DNA of 64,000 bases from Desulfosudaceae bacterium (lineage in GTDB: Bacteria > Desulfobacterota > Desulfobacteria > Desulfobacterales > Desulfosudaceae). The stretch's first letter is position 1, and each line of letters begins with the position of its first letter. The DNA is taken from contig CAXXDV010000001.1 in NCBI GenBank assembly GCA_963674745.2, forward strand, positions 1,056,001 through 1,120,000, written 5' to 3'. Position numbers and translations under genes: made by a program. Under the pieces are notes generated by a model that saw only the letters and a list, made by a program, of their open reading frames with translations, did no database searches and was not told where the DNA came from. Of the stretch, positions 61,201 through 64,000 are shown piece after piece.

Positions 61201-62228
61201 TCCTGCCGGTTGGCCGGAAGCTGGGCATAAAGCGGCAGTACGGACAAAGCCGGATATTTACGACCCGTCAGCATCCGGCAGACATCCCGGATATCCCTGG
61301 CGGTGGGCATGAAGACCAGAATATCACCGGTCGCGGTTTGCCTTACAATTCCGTCCACAGCCGATACCGCCTGATCCACATATGTTTCCGCGGCTTTGTC
61401 ACCAGCGGCGGATGCCTTCTTTGTATCCGCAGCGGTGTATTGAACCGTAACCGGGTATAATGTTCCGGAGACCTCTATTACCGGGGCATTTTCAAACGCT
61501 GCGGAAAATTTCTGTGTGTCTATGGTAGCCGAGGTGATGATCACTTTCAAATCGGACCGCTTTTTAAGGATGGTCTTTAAAAGGCCTAAGAGAAAGTCGA
61601 TATTGAGGCTTCGTTCATGGGCCTCGTCAAGAACCAGAGCGTCATATTCACTCAGCAGTTGATCATGGTGCGCTTCGGTCAGAAGGATCCCGTCGGTCAT
61701 GATTTTTATCAGTGTGTCATCCGCGGTTCGATCGGAAAACCGGATTTTATAGCCCACCGCCGTTTTCGAGCCCAAGCCCAGTTCAGCCGATATTCTCCGG
61801 GCAATGCTGACGGCGGCAATCCGCCGGGGCTGGGTACAGCCGATCCGGCCATCTTTCCCCAGTCCCGCGGCAACACACATTTTGGGAATCTGCGTGGTCT
61901 TTCCGGAACCGGTGGCGCCGGAGACAATAACCACCGGGTGCTCTTTTACGGCCTCAACGATCTCCATCCGGCGAGCGGCAATAGGCAGGTCGGTATTGAT
62001 GGCAACCCTGGGAAATGAGGCGTATCGCCGCGTTTTCAGGTCCGCCGATTTTTCCAGTCGGCGCTGCAGCTCGGTTAGCATCCGGTCGGCTTTTTCGGCC
62101 GGTATCCGCCCGGCCCGGCCGTTAAGGTAGTCCAGCCTGCGGCGGGCATAACGCCGGTCTATGCGCAGGGCTCCGGGAATCAGGCGCCGGACCTGTTTAA
62201 TTGTTTTAGAATAATCATCTGGTGTCAT
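58266..62228 (-). CDS. hrpA: ATP-dependent RNA helicase (DEAH)
   Basis: GATGSGKTTQIPK, TQPRRIAA, DEAHERS, TSAT, ATNIAETSLT, QRQGRCGR, C-terminal EEFKLSVFAQ; start moved to ATG 62228. Confidence 0.93.
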   Translation of the reverse strand: MTPDDYSKTIKQVRRLIPGALRIDRRYARRRLDYLNGRAGRIPAEKADRMLTELQRRLEKSADLKTRRYASFPRVAINTDLPIAARRMEIVEAVKEHPVVIVSGATGSGKTTQIPKMCVAAGLGKDGRIGCTQPRRIAAVSIARRISAELGLGSKTAVGYKIRFSDRTADDTLIKIMTDGILLTEAHHDQLLSEYDALVLDEAHERSLNIDFLLGLLKTILKKRSDLKVIITSATIDTQKFSAAFENAPVIEVSGTLYPVTVQYTAADTKKASAAGDKAAETYVDQAVSAVDGIVRQTATGDILVFMPTARDIRDVCRMLTGRKYPALSVLPLYAQLPANRQESVFKKQRGRKVIVATNIAETSLTVPGIRYVVDTGLARIPYYNPRTRVTSLSVRKISQSSALQRQGRCGRLSDGVCVRLYPEKDFLKRHIYTPPEILRANLAEVILRMMALKLGDIRQFPFVDPPMEKSILDGFDVLYELGAIVPAGKRGPSARNRFQLTRTGALMAKIPVDPRLARIMIEAGRSGCLDESLVIAAALSIQDPREHPPDKEKEARAALSDFTDPDSDFLTLINLWEGIGNKEAGRLKAFCREFFLSPNRVREWRDIYSQLKDIAVEYRLARSSGGRISRKKDPDRFYEVFHTAVLSGYLSNIAQKRDKNLYLAGKSREVTVFPGSALAGSEAVWLVSAEMVETTRLYARTAARIERAWIKRIAGDLCRTVYINPRWSGEQGQALADRELILFGLSVDIEHGVPFGADNAREACDLFVRHALVRGEVERPLPFMRHNRSIIEAAVEMEDRLRKKDFLAGEEALFLFFRDKLPDTVYSLSALKKQVKQQGDKSLRLSLDDVLRNRPGREAETLFPDSIEAGNVRLPLSYKFDPENPADGITANIPIPSAADVPAERLDWLVPGLLPEKVTALLKTLPKAYRKQLVPLNQTVAVILEEMPRQDRPLIMALSDFILNRFGVDIPGKAWQPRRLPDHLTMRLALIDENGQALSASRDRSVLRHIPRPESQNDEMDDIRRKWEKDNIDDKRFPDLPDEIVLSGKRGMVYPGLEKQGQAVRLRVFTNRAEAREVHRRGVRQLLERRLSKEVNYLKQDLALSPVLARQAVYLGGAPALSSAMVEKIMADCFGKDIRSRVEFESYAAEVPATLYQRAQELKSIVTDIVKEYCHIRQDLADLTASLNPRGEVGRELKHLLAELTELVPENVVMLYDQKRLVQLPRYIRAARLRARRAVDNFPAHCRKKEQVKWAMDELTRLTETLTPETSPDKRRALEDFFWLVEEFKLSVFAQEIKTAFPVSAKRVRDKVREIDRMI

Positions 62229-62282
62229 GAAAGGCTTTTTACCACACTGCCTTTTTCGTCGCAAGGAAGCCCCGTCGACGCG

Positions 62283-62311
62283 TTGACAAATAAGGGGTGA
62301 CATATTATTGT
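62283..62311 (+). promoter_or_regulatory. sigma70-type promoter upstream of ycaO-like gene
   Basis: TTGACA-N17-TATTGT. Confidence 0.6.
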
Positions 62312-62333
62312 CATTCCAATTTTGAAGTGTTGT

Positions 62334-62428
62334 TAATGCCCTGGAATCTGGAAGCCTGAACAGTCTGTCCCATAACGCGTCATCCCGGCTATGGGTAGGA
62401 GCTTCCGAATGACGATTGTCTGGGGTTA
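62334..62428 (+). ncRNA. Candidate structured 5' leader RNA of ycaO-like gene (unassigned)
   Basis: Nested complementary segments GGAAGC/GCTTCC, CCCATA/TATGGG, AATC/GATT, TAATGCCCTGGA/TCTGGGGTTA. Confidence 0.4.
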
Positions 62429-62442
62429 TTGAAAGGAAGAAC

Positions 62443-64000
62443 ATGAAAGAACCGTTTGTGCTCAACGACGCCTTTAAATGCTTTAAGGAAGACCAGGACA
62501 AAACCCTTACACCCCGGGAAACGGTTGACAATTTTAACGCCCGGGCCGAGGCCAGCGGCATGGATATCCTTCAGGAAACCCGGCGGGTGGATACGGGCCG
62601 ACTGGGAATCCCCGTTTATTCAAGCATCTGCGGGCAAGACGCCAGGATGATGACCGGCACCGCCAAACAGATGGGCAAGGGCGCCACACCTGTCCAGGCC
62701 GAAGCCAGTGCCGTCATGGAACTGACGGAACGATTCAGCTTTTACGGTTTTTCCGCCAACCCGGCCAATTTTGTGGTTGACCGCATGGCCGGATTGAAGG
62801 ACAGGGCCGTTTCCTTTAACGTGCTGGCCAAGTCCGTGGCTGACACCTCGGGTCAGGTCGAAGCCGTGGGCCGCTTTTTCGCCGACATCCCCCTGCGCTG
62901 GACAGCGGCCTGGAACATTACCCGGGGAGAACGGGTAATGATTCCGTTTGACTGGTTTTTCGCCATCAATCAGTTCAATGGTTCCTGTGCCGGCAACTGC
63001 AACGAAGAAGCCCTTTGCCAGGGAATATGCGAGGTCGTTGAGCGGCATGTCAGCTGCATTGTCGGCCGCGGGCGGTTGGTCACGCCGGGAATCCGTCCGG
63101 AGTCCGCAGATCACCCGGCTGTGACGGAAATGAGAGCTAAATACCAGACAGCCGGTGTGCAGGTTTTCCTTTCCGACTTTACACTCGACTACGGGCCGCC
63201 CACGGTCGGCGTTCTGGCCTATGATCCGGTCACTTTTCCGGATAAAAGCGAAATCGTATGGACCGCCGGTACCGCGCCCGATCCCCAGAAAGCCATGAGC
63301 CGGGCGCTGACGGAAGCGGCCCAGCTGGGCGGTGATTTCAATACCGGCGCCTGCTTCGTGGAAAGCGGACTGCCCAAATTCAAACAGCTTGAGGAGGCCG
63401 CTTTTATAACGCAGGTCTCACCGGAGCTCAGCATCCGGGACCTGCCTGACCTTTCTCACGACAACATCCGGGTTGAAATAGAAAACTGCCTTTCAGCCCT
63501 GGCGGACCGGAACATGGATGTTTATATCATTGACATGACCGACCCGTTGCTGAAGCTGCCGGCCTTTTACGTGATTATTCCCGGCGCCCGTTTTTTTCAG
63601 CGGGCGGAAAACGCCAGCACGGGCATGTTCACGGCCAAACTGATTACGGAAAACTTTCCTTTGGACGAAGCCATTACCCGCCTGACAGCCATGCGCCGGC
63701 AGGTCGGTCCGGCATATTATATTGATTTTTTCCTCGGTCAATGCCACTTTCAGAAAGACGAACCTGACACCGCGCTGACACTTTTATACCGGGCACTTGA
63801 ACAGGACCCGGCCGGGCAGGATGTCGCCAGTATCTATTCCTATATCGGCCAGACATTAAAAGCGCAGGAAAAATACAAAGAAGCGCTGGCAGCGGTTGAA
63901 AAAGGACTTTTGGCCGATAACGAACGGATCGACCTTCTCAACCTGGCGGGGTTCTGTTTTTTCAAACTGGGTGAACATGAACAGGCCATTGAACGATTCG
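62443..64000 (+). CDS. YcaO-domain protein with C-terminal TPRs; partial, runs off window end
   Basis: Absent from ORF track; hand translation open to window end: MKEPFVLNDAFK...GRLGIPVY...KQMGKGATPVQAEASAVMELTERFS...NGSCAGN.NEEALCQGICEVVERH...MSRALTEAAQ...VIIPG, then TPR-like FFLGQCHF, YSYIGQTLK, LNLAGFCFFKLG. Confidence 0.88.
   Translation, partial: MKEPFVLNDAFKCFKEDQDKTLTPRETVDNFNARAEASGMDILQETRRVDTGRLGIPVYSSICGQDARMMTGTAKQMGKGATPVQAEASAVMELTERFSFYGFSANPANFVVDRMAGLKDRAVSFNVLAKSVADTSGQVEAVGRFFADIPLRWTAAWNITRGERVMIPFDWFFAINQFNGSCAGNCNEEALCQGICEVVERHVSCIVGRGRLVTPGIRPESADHPAVTEMRAKYQTAGVQVFLSDFTLDYGPPTVGVLAYDPVTFPDKSEIVWTAGTAPDPQKAMSRALTEAAQLGGDFNTGACFVESGLPKFKQLEEAAFITQVSPELSIRDLPDLSHDNIRVEIENCLSALADRNMDVYIIDMTDPLLKLPAFYVIIPGARFFQRAENASTGMFTAKLITENFPLDEAITRLTAMRRQVGPAYYIDFFLGQCHFQKDEPDTALTLLYRALEQDPAGQDVASIYSYIGQTLKAQEKYKEALAAVEKGLLADNERIDLLNLAGFCFFKLGEHEQAIERF

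Noticed and set aside
62312..62442. 6S, SRP or a known riboswitch
   Set aside because: Too short for 6S, lacks the SRP GGAA-loop motif and the TPP, SAM, c-di-GMP, fluoride and ZTP consensus strings; kept only as unassigned candidate
62229..62561. 111-aa N-terminal extension of HrpA in ORF track
   Set aside because: Overlaps the ycaO gene and its promoter; real start is more likely ATG 62228
62456..63856. Short ORFs listed near the window end
   Set aside because: Shadows of the YcaO-TPR frame starting at 62443

Overview
Chromosomal segment of a sulfate-reducing Desulfobacterota bacterium (Desulfobacterales-like, inferred from the aprBA-qmoABC cluster and gene content). Left to right: an accessory-looking minus-strand block downstream of tRNA-Glu(CTC) (partial DUF1566/Lcl protein, membrane Ser/Thr kinase, secreted multidomain protein, apparently frameshifted YkgJ-family gene); comM-like ATPase; pilin-like ORF; lpxC-DUF4390-ntrY-ntrX-rsmD-coaD; pcm; K+ channel; 5-formyl-THF cyclo-ligase; serS-thrC-TPR lipoprotein; a REP-like cluster; an XRE-pilMNOPQ operon ending in a 1065-aa Ig-repeat lipoprotein; aprBA-qmoABC; a 4-gene GMC oxidoreductase cluster; U32 protein; cheA-cheW-cheB-cheR; B12-radical SAM; GT2; hybrid PAS/GAF kinase; hrpA; partial YcaO-TPR gene. 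No integrase, transposase, CRISPR or rRNA was seen. The most notable signals are non-coding or off-track: tandem NrdR-box-like sites at 31-bp spacing in front of non-RNR genes (two loci), a hidden coding frame under the YkgJ 3' end, three candidate structured RNAs (ycaO leader, aprA-qmoA spacer, radical SAM-GT2 spacer) and a dispersed octamer-repeat hairpin family. All assignments come from motif reading by eye; no searches or folding programs were run.
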